Shown in pieces: positions 51,045 to 61,228 of a DNA stretch of 64,000 nt; positions within the stretch are counted from its first letter, which is position 1, and each line of letters begins with the position of its first letter. The notes under the pieces were generated by a model. It worked only from the letters and a program-made list of their open reading frames with translations. It searched no databases and was not told where the DNA came from. Where the stretch lies: contig CAWKKR010000004.1 in the NCBI GenBank assembly GCA_963850305.1, positions 192,001 through 256,000 on the forward strand, written 5' to 3'. Made by a program: the position numbers and the translations under genes. This DNA comes from an uncultured delta proteobacterium. GTDB taxonomy: Bacteria; Myxococcota_A; Polyangia; Polyangiales; Polyangiaceae.

Positions 51045-54000
51045 TTACCGACCGAAGCGCGCCTTGCCCGCGGACTCCCACCATTCTTGATAGCGGCGTT
51101 GCGCTTTCCCGCGCTCGGCAGCCGACAGGTCGTCGTAATAGCCGAAGTATTCCTTCGTCAGTGTCTTCAATTCTTCGCCGGTGGCGCGACGGATATCGGC
51201 GTCATCGTGCATCAACGAGTCGATCAGCCACTCGATGCGGTGCCGATCGGCGTTGGCCCGCCACCACGTGTCCCACGCTTCGACGTCTCGGCCGAGCGCT
51301 TGTCGCGTGATGAGGCCGAGGGCCCACTGCGCCGATTGCCCGATGTCGTCGTTGCCCGCGACCAGCTTGACGAGCCGCGGCACGGCGCGGCCGTCGCGAA
51401 AATGCGCGAGCGCCTCGAGAGCGGCGACCCGCGTGTCGACCGAGCCGGTCTTGTCTTCGGCGATCGCCAGAACGGCGTCTCGAAGTGCCGTCCGCGCGTC
51501 CTCGTCGGCCTGGAGCAGACGACCCGCTTCGATCGCGGCGCGGCGAACGTCCGACTGCGCATCGCTCACGCGTCTCGCGACCGCGTGCGCCGAGTCGACG
51601 GTCGCGATTTCGCCGAGTAGCTGGGTCGCCCAAGCTCGAACGGATGGCTCCCTGTCGTTGCTGCGGACGACGAGAAACGGCACTGCCGGCAGCCCGATAC
51701 GCGCCAACGCCTTCAGTACGGGACCACGCTCCGACGCCCGCTCCTTCGCCGCGAGGCGATCCGAATCTTCGGTGACTGGCCCCGGAAATTGCGACACCAG
51801 CAGCGAAGCGGCATTGACACCATGCTGGACGAGTCCGTCGATTGCGCCCTCGTCGCCGCGGAGCAGGCGGTTGACGAGCGCGTCCAGGTCGTGGTCGATG
51901 TTGAGGATGACCGTTGGAAGGCGGAGTTCCTCGGAACTGTGCGGCTTCACCGGCAGCTTCGCGGCAACCACGACCTGCGAGTCCGGTACCCCCCGCACGA
52001 CGTCCTCGTCGTCGGCAGACCACTCGACTTCTTGCGATTCGATCGCGGGCCCGTCATCTACAGCCCTCACCCTGGGCGTGGGACGGGGGGGCTTGAGAGA
52101 GAGCGCACCATCCGGCAGTGTCGACGCGTAAGCCGGGGTCACGCGCTTGCTCAGCGCGAAGACCGGGGTACCGAGCTCCGCGGGCGGCGGAACGGACGCG
52201 TGGCGGGGAGTTCCCTGCGCCGGAGTGGCATGCCTCGAAATGGGCAAGGGAGGCGGCTGAGCCGGGCTCGGAATCCCCCGCTTGGTATCGATGCGCTTCG
52301 ACGTGGACTCGGCTTCTGCCCGAGGCGGCTCCGGCAATGTCACTGGACGGACGGTCGTCTCGAGCGCCTGCGCCAGCGCGTCCACGCGTTCCTCTCGGGA
52401 TGGCATCAAGGAACGCGGCCGCAGCGATGGGCGGATACTCGCCGCCGAGTGATCGCCGTCCACGGCCCGCCGTACGGCGGTCTTCTTTCGCAAGATGACG
52501 TTTTCGAGTGCCGTGGCGACGAGCGAGGAAAATGAAAGCACGTCGCCGATCTCCGACAATGCGACGTCGACCGCGCCGTGGTCCCCGTAAAGGATGAGCA
52601 CGCAACGGTCACGCACCGTCAACGGCAAGAGCAACACCTTCTTGTCCGCGCGGCGCTCGAGATCGATGGCGAGTCGCGCGTCGAGGCCGTCCTTCGCAAG
52701 CGGCGCGATGTTGAAGCGACCCTCGGCCCGCACCGTGGCCAGGGAGCCCGGCAGATCGAGCGGAACTCCGATGCCGTTCACCTTCGCCTGGTCCGCGCCC
52801 GGGCCGCGACTCATGCGACCCTCCGCGAGATCCCCGTGAACGGCGAAGAGCACCGAGTATTCGAAATACTGGCAGCAAAAATCGAAGAACGCGGCGAGCA
52901 CACCATCGCGGCCGTCGGCTTCGAGAAGATCTTTTTCCGCCTCGGCGGCGGTGTAAGGGCCACGGTGTCGCGATCGTCCGCGACGCGACGCCTCATCCGC
53001 GGTCGGAGCCAGCACGAAGCCAGCCATTCTGCGGGGCGCGCCCGGCGGAATCGAGCTGGGTCGCACGGATGGCGCATGTGACGGCGAGGGGCTCGCGACG
53101 GCCACTGCCGCTCGCGGGGGCCCCGGATGCGGCGTCACCGACGTGGGCGACGGGCCACGGGTCGTCGTCGGGGGCGGCTCCGAACGCCGCTCCGGAGGCG
53201 CATGCGGAGCGAGGCGTGGGGGCTCGGAGGGTAGCGCGACCGCCGGCGGTCTCGACACGTCCGGCGCGGGCGGCGTGGAGTTCGGATCTCCAGGCGGCGT
53301 GGGCGCCGTGACGCGGCTGAATAACGCGGCATTCGGCTCGATCACGACGGGCCACGGACGGGTACCCTCGTCCGTTCGCGGCGCGACCGCCGGCGCGGGC
53401 GCCGTCAGCCGTTCGTGGATCGACTCGTCCGCCGGCTCGGGCTCGGCAACCGCCACGACAGGAGCCGTCAGGATCGTCGGCGCGTGGATCGTGACGGGCG
53501 CCTTGAGCACGAGCTGCGGCGCGCGCAAGCCTATGGCGCCGTAGGAGGGGGAGGTCTCACCGGGAAGTCCGAGCGCCGGAATGGACGGCGGTCGGGGCAA
53601 CGACGTGATGTCCGGAACCGCGGCAAACGCCGAGGGGACCATGCTCGGACTCGGATCGGGCTTCCCTTCGAGCTTCGCGACGACTCTCTCCGTCCTCCGA
53701 TCCAGCGGTAAGCGATAGTCCCGGCTGATCGCCTGGCGCACGCGAACCAGCGGGGCCACCCTCTGAACGAGACTGACTCCGAGCCCGAAGCGAAGGTCCT
53801 GTTCCACCTCGGGACGCATGGGTTCGCTCACGGCGATGACGAGCGAGTCGCCAGCTCGCTCGAGCGGGTAGAGCCCGTGCCGGAAGGCGACGTCGCCGGG
53901 TACGAGGCTCCGAGTCTCGACCGAAGCGCGCGGCAGCTCGCCCGCGGGCGCCGCCTGAAGCTGATGTGTCTCGGCGAGCAACTCGATCAGCGCCTGCTCG

Positions 54001-54134
54001 TCCGTGCGCGGTGCCTGCTCGAGCAGGTTGGTCGCGAGATCACCACCATAGAGCACCTGGCGCGCGAGAGCTTCTTCCACGTCTCGAAGCGACGCCAGCT
54101 TCCGCTGCACGATCGCCGAGCTCAGCTTGCCCAT
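51045..54134 (-). CDS. FrgA-like protein: GspE_N/MshEN-like N-terminus, Pro-rich linkers, GAF-like middle domain, HEAT C-terminus
   Basis: VEEALARQVLYGGDLATNLLE, AFRHGLYPL..LVIAVSEP; VLLLPLTVRDRCVLILYGD; HEAT repeats. Confidence 0.7.
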   Translation of the reverse strand: MGKLSSAIVQRKLASLRDVEEALARQVLYGGDLATNLLEQAPRTDEQALIELLAETHQLQAAPAGELPRASVETRSLVPGDVAFRHGLYPLERAGDSLVIAVSEPMRPEVEQDLRFGLGVSLVQRVAPLVRVRQAISRDYRLPLDRRTERVVAKLEGKPDPSPSMVPSAFAAVPDITSLPRPPSIPALGLPGETSPSYGAIGLRAPQLVLKAPVTIHAPTILTAPVVAVAEPEPADESIHERLTAPAPAVAPRTDEGTRPWPVVIEPNAALFSRVTAPTPPGDPNSTPPAPDVSRPPAVALPSEPPRLAPHAPPERRSEPPPTTTRGPSPTSVTPHPGPPRAAVAVASPSPSHAPSVRPSSIPPGAPRRMAGFVLAPTADEASRRGRSRHRGPYTAAEAEKDLLEADGRDGVLAAFFDFCCQYFEYSVLFAVHGDLAEGRMSRGPGADQAKVNGIGVPLDLPGSLATVRAEGRFNIAPLAKDGLDARLAIDLERRADKKVLLLPLTVRDRCVLILYGDHGAVDVALSEIGDVLSFSSLVATALENVILRKKTAVRRAVDGDHSAASIRPSLRPRSLMPSREERVDALAQALETTVRPVTLPEPPRAEAESTSKRIDTKRGIPSPAQPPPLPISRHATPAQGTPRHASVPPPAELGTPVFALSKRVTPAYASTLPDGALSLKPPRPTPRVRAVDDGPAIESQEVEWSADDEDVVRGVPDSQVVVAAKLPVKPHSSEELRLPTVILNIDHDLDALVNRLLRGDEGAIDGLVQHGVNAASLLVSQFPGPVTEDSDRLAAKERASERGPVLKALARIGLPAVPFLVVRSNDREPSVRAWATQLLGEIATVDSAHAVARRVSDAQSDVRRAAIEAGRLLQADEDARTALRDAVLAIAEDKTGSVDTRVAALEALAHFRDGRAVPRLVKLVAGNDDIGQSAQWALGLITRQALGRDVEAWDTWWRANADRHRIEWLIDSLMHDDADIRRATGEELKTLTKEYFGYYDDLSAAERGKAQRRYQEWWESAGKARFGR

Positions 54135-54216
54135 GGCTTCATCTTCGAAATGCTATCGAGAATGCGGATTGCGGGCAGGCTCACGGCTGCCATCTCCCGC
54201 GAGTGTAGTCCTGCTC

Positions 54217-54936
54217 TCATCGCACGAGAAACCACTTCGTTTCCGGCTTGATTTCCAGGTGCAGGTGGTCGTGATGTGCGTGGTTGAAGTGCGGCGTGAG
54301 CATGCAATGAAAGAGCCGCAGGTCTTTTGCCTCGCAAAGGATACTCTGGAGCTCTCGGCCGCGGCGGCTCGCCAGCCGCCGGGCTCCCTTCCCGCACGTC
54401 CTTGCACCGATGGAAGGCGGCCACTCTGCCTGGACAGAAAGCAGCGCGCCGCCGCTTTTTCTCAGCGCGCCCACGTCGATGGCCATGCCGCCGGGATGCC
54501 TGAGCGCCACCCCCCCCTTACCCTCCACGACGTCGTCGTTCGGGCGGTACATCGTGAAGTGAATGACCTCCACCACGTCGTGATTCGAGAGCACCTGGGC
54601 AAAGTCGTCGAGCGCGAGCGCCAGACGCGCGTCGAGGATCTCGAACGGCGTCGACTTTCGTTGTTCCGCGGGCAGACTCGAGTGGACCCACACACCGTGC
54701 AGTTTCCCGGCAAGCCGGATGGGCAAGCGCACACCCTTGGCTTCTGCGACGCGTTCGAACTCGATGTGGCGGCGTTCGAGCTCTGCCAGGGCGTCGGCGT
54801 CGGACAGATTCGCGTAACGGCTCGCCGGCGAGGCCAGCGCCTCCGCCGGAGGCGGTAATTCGAGCGGGTCGGCCGCCGCAGCGCGCGCGATCAGCGCCAC
54901 GGAGACGACCAATGCCAACCGAACGCGGTAGGTCAA
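54217..54936 (-). CDS. Extensin-like C-terminal domain protein (LAS/M15-type Zn peptidase fold)
   Basis: Signal peptide, RHPGGMAIDV, TPHFNHAHHDHLHLE. Confidence 0.75.
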   Translation of the reverse strand: MTYRVRLALVVSVALIARAAAADPLELPPPAEALASPASRYANLSDADALAELERRHIEFERVAEAKGVRLPIRLAGKLHGVWVHSSLPAEQRKSTPFEILDARLALALDDFAQVLSNHDVVEVIHFTMYRPNDDVVEGKGGVALRHPGGMAIDVGALRKSGGALLSVQAEWPPSIGARTCGKGARRLASRRGRELQSILCEAKDLRLFHCMLTPHFNHAHHDHLHLEIKPETKWFLVR

Positions 54937-55544
54937 CGCGTGACCGCTCCGGGCGCCAGCGCAAAGTTCGCCTCACCGTCGATGTGCTCGCCCGCCAGGT
55001 AGCGACGAAGGAGTGACGTGATTTCCGTCTCGAGGACCGGTCCTCCGAAGAAAAAACGAAGCTTGCCAGTTGGATCGAAGAGAAACGTGGCCGGGAGCAT
55101 GCCTGGCCAGCGTGGGTTCATGGCGGACTTGAACGCCCCGAGCGGCCCCTGGACGATGTAGCTCGGCAGGGGCGCACCGAGTTCCCGTAGCATCGACGCG
55201 GCGGCGGCGCGGGTCTCGGGCTCGTCCACCGATACGAACCAGATGTCGATGCTCGTCCCGAAAGTCTTCTCGAGCCCGAGGAGCATCGGCATGTCGCCCT
55301 TGCACGAGCCGCACCAGCTCGCCCAAGCATTCACGACGATCCCTCGCGCCCGCGATTGCCGAACGTGCGCCAGCAAAGTCGGGCCGTCCACCGGCACCAG
55401 GCCGTCTCCCAGCGGACGCGGCGGTGAGGAAGAAGAAGACGGGCCCCGCCTGGTCACATTCCCAAAAGGCTCACTCAACGCGAACGCCGCGACGAGAGAG
55501 AGACCGACGAGAATCACGCCGCGCGCCATCGTCCGAGAGGACAT
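54933..55544 (-). CDS. TlpA-family thiol:disulfide oxidoreductase
   Basis: TM anchor, VNAWASWCGSC, LPATFLFD; start at MSSRTMA. Confidence 0.85.
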   Translation of the reverse strand: MSSRTMARGVILVGLSLVAAFALSEPFGNVTRRGPSSSSSPPRPLGDGLVPVDGPTLLAHVRQSRARGIVVNAWASWCGSCKGDMPMLLGLEKTFGTSIDIWFVSVDEPETRAAAASMLRELGAPLPSYIVQGPLGAFKSAMNPRWPGMLPATFLFDPTGKLRFFFGGPVLETEITSLLRRYLAGEHIDGEANFALAPGAVTR

Positions 55545-55646
55545 CGAGCGTTCTTTTAACCCAGAAACGCCCTCTCGACATTTCGCTCGTCCACGGGCAC
55601 GCGTTGGTGTTGCGATTGATCGCGACGTGAGCGAGCATGCCGCGCG

Positions 55647-56141
55647 GTGACGGACCTCATTGCATTCACTGACGGAGGGTGTCGCGGTAACCCCGGCGTC
55701 GGCGCCTGGGCCTTCGTCCTCGTCGACCCGAAGACGCGACGCGCCCTGGAACGCGCAGGGGGCGAGCCGAAGACAACCAACAACCGCATGGAGATGTGGG
55801 CCGCGATCGCGGCGCTGATGGAAGTTCCGCCCGAGGAGTCCTCCGTGCTGGTGCTGAGCGACAGCAAATATCTCATCGGATGTTGTACGGAATGGATGCC
55901 GGGCTGGAAGGCCAAGGGATGGAGGCGGAAGGGGGAACCGCTCAAGAATCTGGACCTGCTGCAAAAGCTCGACGAGCTGCTGAGTCCCCGAAAAGTCGAT
56001 TTTCGCTGGGTCGCGGGTCACTCGGGGCACGAGGGCAACGACCATGTCGACCGTCTCGCGAACGAAGCCATGGATTGGATCCAGGCCGGCATAGATCCGA
56101 CCCATGAGCGTCGCTTCGAGTGGACGGGTTCGCTGCGCTGA
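55647..56141 (+). CDS. rnhA: Ribonuclease HI
   Basis: FTDGGCRGNPG, TTNNRME, SDSKY, WVAGHSG..GND.VDRLA. Confidence 0.95.
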   Translation: MTDLIAFTDGGCRGNPGVGAWAFVLVDPKTRRALERAGGEPKTTNNRMEMWAAIAALMEVPPEESSVLVLSDSKYLIGCCTEWMPGWKAKGWRRKGEPLKNLDLLQKLDELLSPRKVDFRWVAGHSGHEGNDHVDRLANEAMDWIQAGIDPTHERRFEWTGSLR

Positions 56142-56151
56142 GCCCCGTCCG

Positions 56152-57174
56152 TCAGGCGGCCTTGGCCTCGATCCTCTTCGCGAGCGAAGGGAGCGCGCCG
56201 CAGACGTCAGTGAGGATCGCTCTGCAGAGCTCCCCTGACGCGAGGAGCGCATCCCGCGCCTTGTCCCGCCCCTGGCCGAAACTCTTGCCGGCATACGCGT
56301 AGTGCGAGCCATTCTTTTCCACGACGCCGCAGCCCTCCGCGACGTCGAGCAAGTCCGTCGGCGCGTCGATGCCGATACCCCAGCGGATGTCGAACTCCGC
56401 TTCGGCAAAAGGATGGGCGCACTTGTTCTTCACCACTTTCACGCGTGTTCGATTCCCGACGGTGGTCTCCCCGACGCTCACCTTCCCGATGCGGCGCACG
56501 TCGAGTCGCACGCTCGCGAAGAACTTGAGCGCATTGCCGCCGGTCGTCGTCTCGGGATTTCCGAAGACGACACCGATTTTCTGGCGCAGCTGGTTGATGA
56601 AGAGCAGCGTCGTGTCGGTCTTGTGGGTCACCGGAGTGAGCTTCCGTAACGCCTGACTCATGAGGCGGGCGTGCAATCCCATGTGGGCATCTCCCATGTC
56701 GCCCTCGATCTCCGCCTTCGGGACGAGTGCGGCCACCGAGTCCACCACGACGAGATCGACCGCGCCGGAGCGGGTCAAGATCTCGGCGATGTCCAGCGCT
56801 TGTTCCCCGAAGTCGGGCTGCGAGACGAGAAGCCGCGACGGATCGACGCCGATGGCCCTGGCGTAGGCGACGTCGAAGGCGTGCTCCGCGTCGATGAACG
56901 CGGCCACGCCCCCTGCCCGCTGAACGCTCGCGATCGCATGAAGGGTCAGGGTCGTCTTGCCGCTCGATTCAGGGCCGAATACCTCCACTATGCGTCCGCG
57001 TGGATATCCCCCGATACCGAGCGCCTCGTCGAGCGCAAGCGACCCGGAGCGGATGACGGCCCCGACGTCGGTGATGGGCCCGTCCCCGAGCCACAGCACG
57101 GCTCCTTTGCCGAACGCTTTCTCGATGCTGCCAATCGCGCTCTTCAGACTCTCATCGTTGATTTTTTCGGACAT
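56152..57174 (-). CDS. recA: Recombinase A (divergent, probably a second paralog)
   Basis: [39 protein letters not shown]. Confidence 0.95.
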   Translation of the reverse strand: MSEKINDESLKSAIGSIEKAFGKGAVLWLGDGPITDVGAVIRSGSLALDEALGIGGYPRGRIVEVFGPESSGKTTLTLHAIASVQRAGGVAAFIDAEHAFDVAYARAIGVDPSRLLVSQPDFGEQALDIAEILTRSGAVDLVVVDSVAALVPKAEIEGDMGDAHMGLHARLMSQALRKLTPVTHKTDTTLLFINQLRQKIGVVFGNPETTTGGNALKFFASVRLDVRRIGKVSVGETTVGNRTRVKVVKNKCAHPFAEAEFDIRWGIGIDAPTDLLDVAEGCGVVEKNGSHYAYAGKSFGQGRDKARDALLASGELCRAILTDVCGALPSLAKRIEAKAA

Positions 57175-57214
57175 CGGTCCACTCCTTCGCGCCCGAGGCG
57201 GGCAGGAGGGACGA

Positions 57215-57230
57215 TGCAGGCGTCGTGCCG
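57215..57230 (-). promoter_or_regulatory. Putative sigma54 -24/-12 promoter of recA
   Basis: Minus strand CGGCACG-ACGC-CTGCA (GG-N10-GC); SD GAAGGAG before ATG 57174. Confidence 0.62.
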
Positions 57231-57327
57231 CGCGAAAAGAAGCGAGGGACCGCGATGAATCAGGCGGCGAACGTCAGCCTCGCCATGGCCGACGTCATCC
57301 CGTGGGTACCGGTCGACGACGCGGCGA

Positions 57328-58458
57328 TCAATGATCCCGGGAGTCGCACGCCATGCCGGTCGCGACGCCGCCGTCCGCAGCGATCGCGGAGTCACAGAAG
57401 CCCGCTCGTCCGGTGAGCGTTTGGCCGGGTGCGTACGGCACGCAGACTTCTCGCGCGTCGCCGCAGTCCGCGTCGCAATCGCAGAGCTTCGCGCAGGAGC
57501 CCGAGTCGTCCAGACCAGCGGGAACCGAGTTCTCGAAGACACAGTAAGTGTCGTAGGGCGGCCCCTTGCTCGTATCCGCACCGCAGCCCGCGGTCCCGAG
57601 CGTGCAATACCCGCTGCATTCGGCGCCGCCTCCGGACGTGATGCAATACCCGGCGCACGTGGATCCGGAAGGGTCGCACGGCGTACCGACGGGATCGCCG
57701 CCGATCTTCGTCGGGGAGCAAAGGCCGGTCCCGTAATCACAGTGCTCCGACCCGCAGTCCGCGTCGCTTCCGCATGTCGGAAAGCAGTAACCGAAGCCCG
57801 TACCCGATCCGTCGTCGTTGCACGACATGTCCGCGCGCGAGCGGCACTTGTCCTCGAAGGCGCCCGGATCCCCGAGAGCACACCCCGGCAAACAGAGGGC
57901 ACGCGTGCCCGCCCCGACGATCACGCATTCGGTGTTCGGGTCGAGGTTGCCGCAGGTGGTCGGGTCGTTCGAGCAGTCGAGAGTGCACACACCGTTCGCG
58001 GGACCTTCGCCGGAAAACGCGGTCGACGAGCTCGGCACGCACGAGAGCGGGGTCCGGCAATCCTGATTCGTGTTGCACGACGCACCGAACAGCCCCGACG
58101 TTGGACCCGAATTTGGAAACGAGGGCCCGCTGTCCACCGTTACAGAGCCTCCGCTCGACGCACCGCCATTCCCGGCGCCGCCCGCGGATGAGCCGCCCGC
58201 GGATGAGCCGCCCGCGGACGCGCCGCCTGCGGACGCACCGCCGTGCGACGTCCCGGAGTCGAGATCGCACGTGCAGTCGCCGTAACCGGAACTGTCCGAC
58301 TTGCAGATCTGGCGTCCGAGGCAATTCTCCGGGCCCACGCACGAGATTGATCTCCCGGCCGCGCACGTCGAGTTCTCCGAATGTCCGCCGCAAGCGACGG
58401 GCCCGAGACTCGCGGCAAGGATAGCGCCAAGGAACACGACCAGGACCGGTTTCCCCAT
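57328..58458 (-). CDS. Cys-rich lipoprotein
   Basis: Lipobox PVAC, GGxSA linker repeats, many Cys repeats (CNTNQDC, CGSDADC, CDCDADC). Confidence 0.8.
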   Translation of the reverse strand: MGKPVLVVFLGAILAASLGPVACGGHSENSTCAAGRSISCVGPENCLGRQICKSDSSGYGDCTCDLDSGTSHGGASAGGASAGGSSAGGSSAGGAGNGGASSGGSVTVDSGPSFPNSGPTSGLFGASCNTNQDCRTPLSCVPSSSTAFSGEGPANGVCTLDCSNDPTTCGNLDPNTECVIVGAGTRALCLPGCALGDPGAFEDKCRSRADMSCNDDGSGTGFGYCFPTCGSDADCGSEHCDYGTGLCSPTKIGGDPVGTPCDPSGSTCAGYCITSGGGAECSGYCTLGTAGCGADTSKGPPYDTYCVFENSVPAGLDDSGSCAKLCDCDADCGDAREVCVPYAPGQTLTGRAGFCDSAIAADGGVATGMACDSRDH

Positions 58459-58604
58459 GCGCGCGAGGCTAGATGACGCCCGGCGCGCGGGCAACGGCCG
58501 CGGCGTTCAGGGCCGTTTCGTGACACGGCGCGTTTGCCGGCACCGATCGGTCGAGAAATGGTGGAGGATGAAGGTCGACACGGCAAAAGCGCATGGATTC
58601 ATCG

Positions 58605-59555
58605 ATGATTGAAGCGCATGGCCTCGCTCGCACCTTTCAGGCGCGAAGTGGTCCGGTCGAGGCCGTGCGCGGCGTCGATTTCCACGTCGCGAAGGAAGAG
58701 ATCGTTGGCTTCCTGGGTCCGAATGGCGCCGGCAAGACCACGACCCAGCGAATGCTGGCGACGCTTCTGACCCCCACCTCCGGCGAAGCGCGCGTCGCCG
58801 GCTGCGACCTGAGACGCGATCCGGTCGGTGTTCGACGGCGTATCGGTTACGTCGCGCAGGAGCACAGCTTGAACCCCTCCGCGACCGTCGCGGAAGAGCT
58901 CCGGCTCCAGGCCCAGCTTTATGGGGTACCGAGAGCGGACGCGGACCGCCGCGCAACCGAGCTCTACGAGATGCTCGAGCTGACGGGGCTCGCCGATCGA
59001 AAAACGGGGACGCTCTCCGGCGGGCAGCGGCGCAGGCTCGACATCGCGCTCGGGCTCGTCCATCGCCCGTCGCTCGTGTTCCTGGACGAACCGACCACGG
59101 GGCTCGACCCGCAGAGCCGCGCGAATCTCTGGCAGCACGTGCGTCACCTGCGCGACGAACGCGGCGCGGCCGTCTTCCTCACCACGCATTATCTCGAGGA
59201 AGCGGACGCGCTCTGCGATCGGATCCTCATCATCGACCAGGGTCGCATCGTCGCCGAGGGCACTCCCGACGCGCTGAAGCGACGCATCTCGGGCGATCTC
59301 GTGACGCTCGCGGTGCGCGGCCCTGTCGAGCGCGCGCGGGAGCTGCTCGTCGGCACACCGGGAGTCCGCGACGTGACGGTGCTGGACGGCGCGGTGCGCG
59401 CGACGGTGGACCGCGGCGCAGAGCAAGGTCCCTCGCTCTTCCGCGCGCTCGAGTCTTCCGGCATCTCCGTCGAGAGCTTCGCCATGTCGCGCCCATCGCT
59501 CGACGACGTGTTCCTGACGCTCACCGGTCATTCGCTCCGTGAAACGAACGACTGA
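58605..59555 (+). CDS. ABC exporter ATP-binding subunit (DrrA-like)
   Basis: GPNGAGKT, LSGGQ, FLDEPTTGLD, LTTHYLEEA, SLDDVFL. Confidence 0.95.
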   Translation: MIEAHGLARTFQARSGPVEAVRGVDFHVAKEEIVGFLGPNGAGKTTTQRMLATLLTPTSGEARVAGCDLRRDPVGVRRRIGYVAQEHSLNPSATVAEELRLQAQLYGVPRADADRRATELYEMLELTGLADRKTGTLSGGQRRRLDIALGLVHRPSLVFLDEPTTGLDPQSRANLWQHVRHLRDERGAAVFLTTHYLEEADALCDRILIIDQGRIVAEGTPDALKRRISGDLVTLAVRGPVERARELLVGTPGVRDVTVLDGAVRATVDRGAEQGPSLFRALESSGISVESFAMSRPSLDDVFLTLTGHSLRETND

Positions 59556-59562
59556 GGCCGAG

Positions 59563-60324
59563 ATGCGCGTTCTATCGGAATCCGTCCTGGTCTTTCGGTA
59601 TCACTTCAAGCTCCTCGTACGAGAGCCCATCTGGGTCGCCATCGCGCTCGTTCAACCGCTGTTCTATCTCGCGCTGTTCGGTCCGCTCCTCGAACCGCTG
59701 ACGCGCGTGAAAGGGTTTCCGGGCGGCAACTCCTGGCAAGTGTTCGTGCCGGGGTTGCTGATCCAGCTCGGTATCTTCGGCAGCCTGTTCGTGGGGTTCG
59801 GGCTCATCGGCGAGATCCGAGACGGCGTGGTCGAGCGGATGCGCGTGACGCCGGCGAGTCGCTTCGCGCTGCTGTTCGGAAGGGTGCTCCGCGACACGCT
59901 CGTCCTGTCGGCACAGGCCATTCTCCTGTCGCTAGTCGCGGCGATATTCGGACTGCGGGTGCCGCTCGCGGGGGCGCTCGCGACACTCGGGATCATCATG
60001 CTCCTCGGAATGTCGCTCTCGTCATTTTCGTATGCGGCGGCGCTGCGCCTCAAGAGCGAGGACGTCCTTGCTCAGCTCCTCAACACGATCTCGATCCCCG
60101 CGCTCCTGCTCTCGGGCATTCTCCTGCCGATGTCGCTCGCGCCGCGGTGGCTGTACTTGCTGTCGCGGTTGAACCCGTTCAGCTACGTCGTGGACGGCGC
60201 GCGAGCTGCGTTCCGCGACGACTTCTCGGACTTCTCGCTCCCCGCCGGGTTCGCCGCTGCCCTGCTGCTCGCCGGCAGCGGCCTGTACGTCGCTACGAGG
60301 ATCTTCACCCAGGAATCTGCTTGA
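59563..60324 (+). CDS. ABC-2 type permease
   Basis: QPLFYLALFG, FVPG, ERMRVTP, NPFSYVVD; about six TM segments. Confidence 0.92.
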   Translation: MRVLSESVLVFRYHFKLLVREPIWVAIALVQPLFYLALFGPLLEPLTRVKGFPGGNSWQVFVPGLLIQLGIFGSLFVGFGLIGEIRDGVVERMRVTPASRFALLFGRVLRDTLVLSAQAILLSLVAAIFGLRVPLAGALATLGIIMLLGMSLSSFSYAAALRLKSEDVLAQLLNTISIPALLLSGILLPMSLAPRWLYLLSRLNPFSYVVDGARAAFRDDFSDFSLPAGFAAALLLAGSGLYVATRIFTQESA

Positions 60325-60335
60325 GTGGGGCCATC

Positions 60336-61155
60336 ATGGGAGACTTCGAAAGGGACACTCGGGTCGAGGAAACGGCGACTGGATTCCGCGCCGTCGTGAG
60401 CAAGGAGTGGGAGATTCTGGGGCCCGAACGGCGGATATCTGTGCACGTTCGCGCTCCGCGCTGCCGCTGCGAAGGCCAGGATCCCGCGCCCCGTCGCGTT
60501 CTATGCACACTACCTCCGGAGCCCGAGGTTCGAAGAAGTGACCCTGACGGTGGACACTTTGATGCAGGGTCGCCGGACGGAGGCATTCGAAGTACGCATG
60601 AGCCAGGGCGACAAACCCGTGCTCGTCGCGATGGTGCGGACGGCGGCGGCGGCGCCCGGCCTCGTCCACGACGTGGTAACCGCGCCCGCCGTGTGCTCGC
60701 CCGAGGACGCGCCGGACGTCGCGAATCTGCGCCCCGCCGGAGGTCCTCCGCCGCCACGGTTCTTCGATAACCTGGACGTCCGGGTGCTCGTTCCCGAACG
60801 GTTTGCCATACCCCGACCGACGCTGCCGCCGACGTTCCTCGAGTGGTACCGGTTTCGTTCCGCGGACAGCCATGCCGATCCGTTCGTCGATGCAGCACGG
60901 AGCCTCGTCTTGATCGACACCCTGTGCTGGCCCGCGACGGTCATGGCGCACCCGAACCCCGCGTTCTTCGCTCCGAGTCTCGACGTCGGAGTCTGGTTTC
61001 ACAGGTCCGCGCCCGACGAGGACTGGCTTCTCGCGGAAGCGACCTCGGAGGTCGCGGACGGGGGGACCATCGGCGGGCGGGCGCGCGTGTTTTCGCGAGC
61101 GGGCAAGCTGCTTGCCTCGGGCGGCACGGGCCTGCTCTGCATGCCGTCCGGTTAG
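60336..61155 (+). CDS. Double-hotdog (TesB-like) thioesterase; +1 frameshift at ~60415
   Basis: MGDFERDT..WEI; GAGATTCTGG minus one T gives EIWGPNGGYL and joins to the 60538 ORF (APSLDVGVWFH). Confidence 0.82.
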
Positions 61156-61228
61156 TCTCGCCTCTCGCGCGGTCGCACGGCGGTGCTAGCATGCGTAACG
61201 GCGGCGTTCGTCGACGCCGAGTGGGCAC

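Noticed and set aside
57175..57327. Myxobacterial LexA box upstream of recA
   Set aside because: No GTTCAG-containing LexA-type site on either strand
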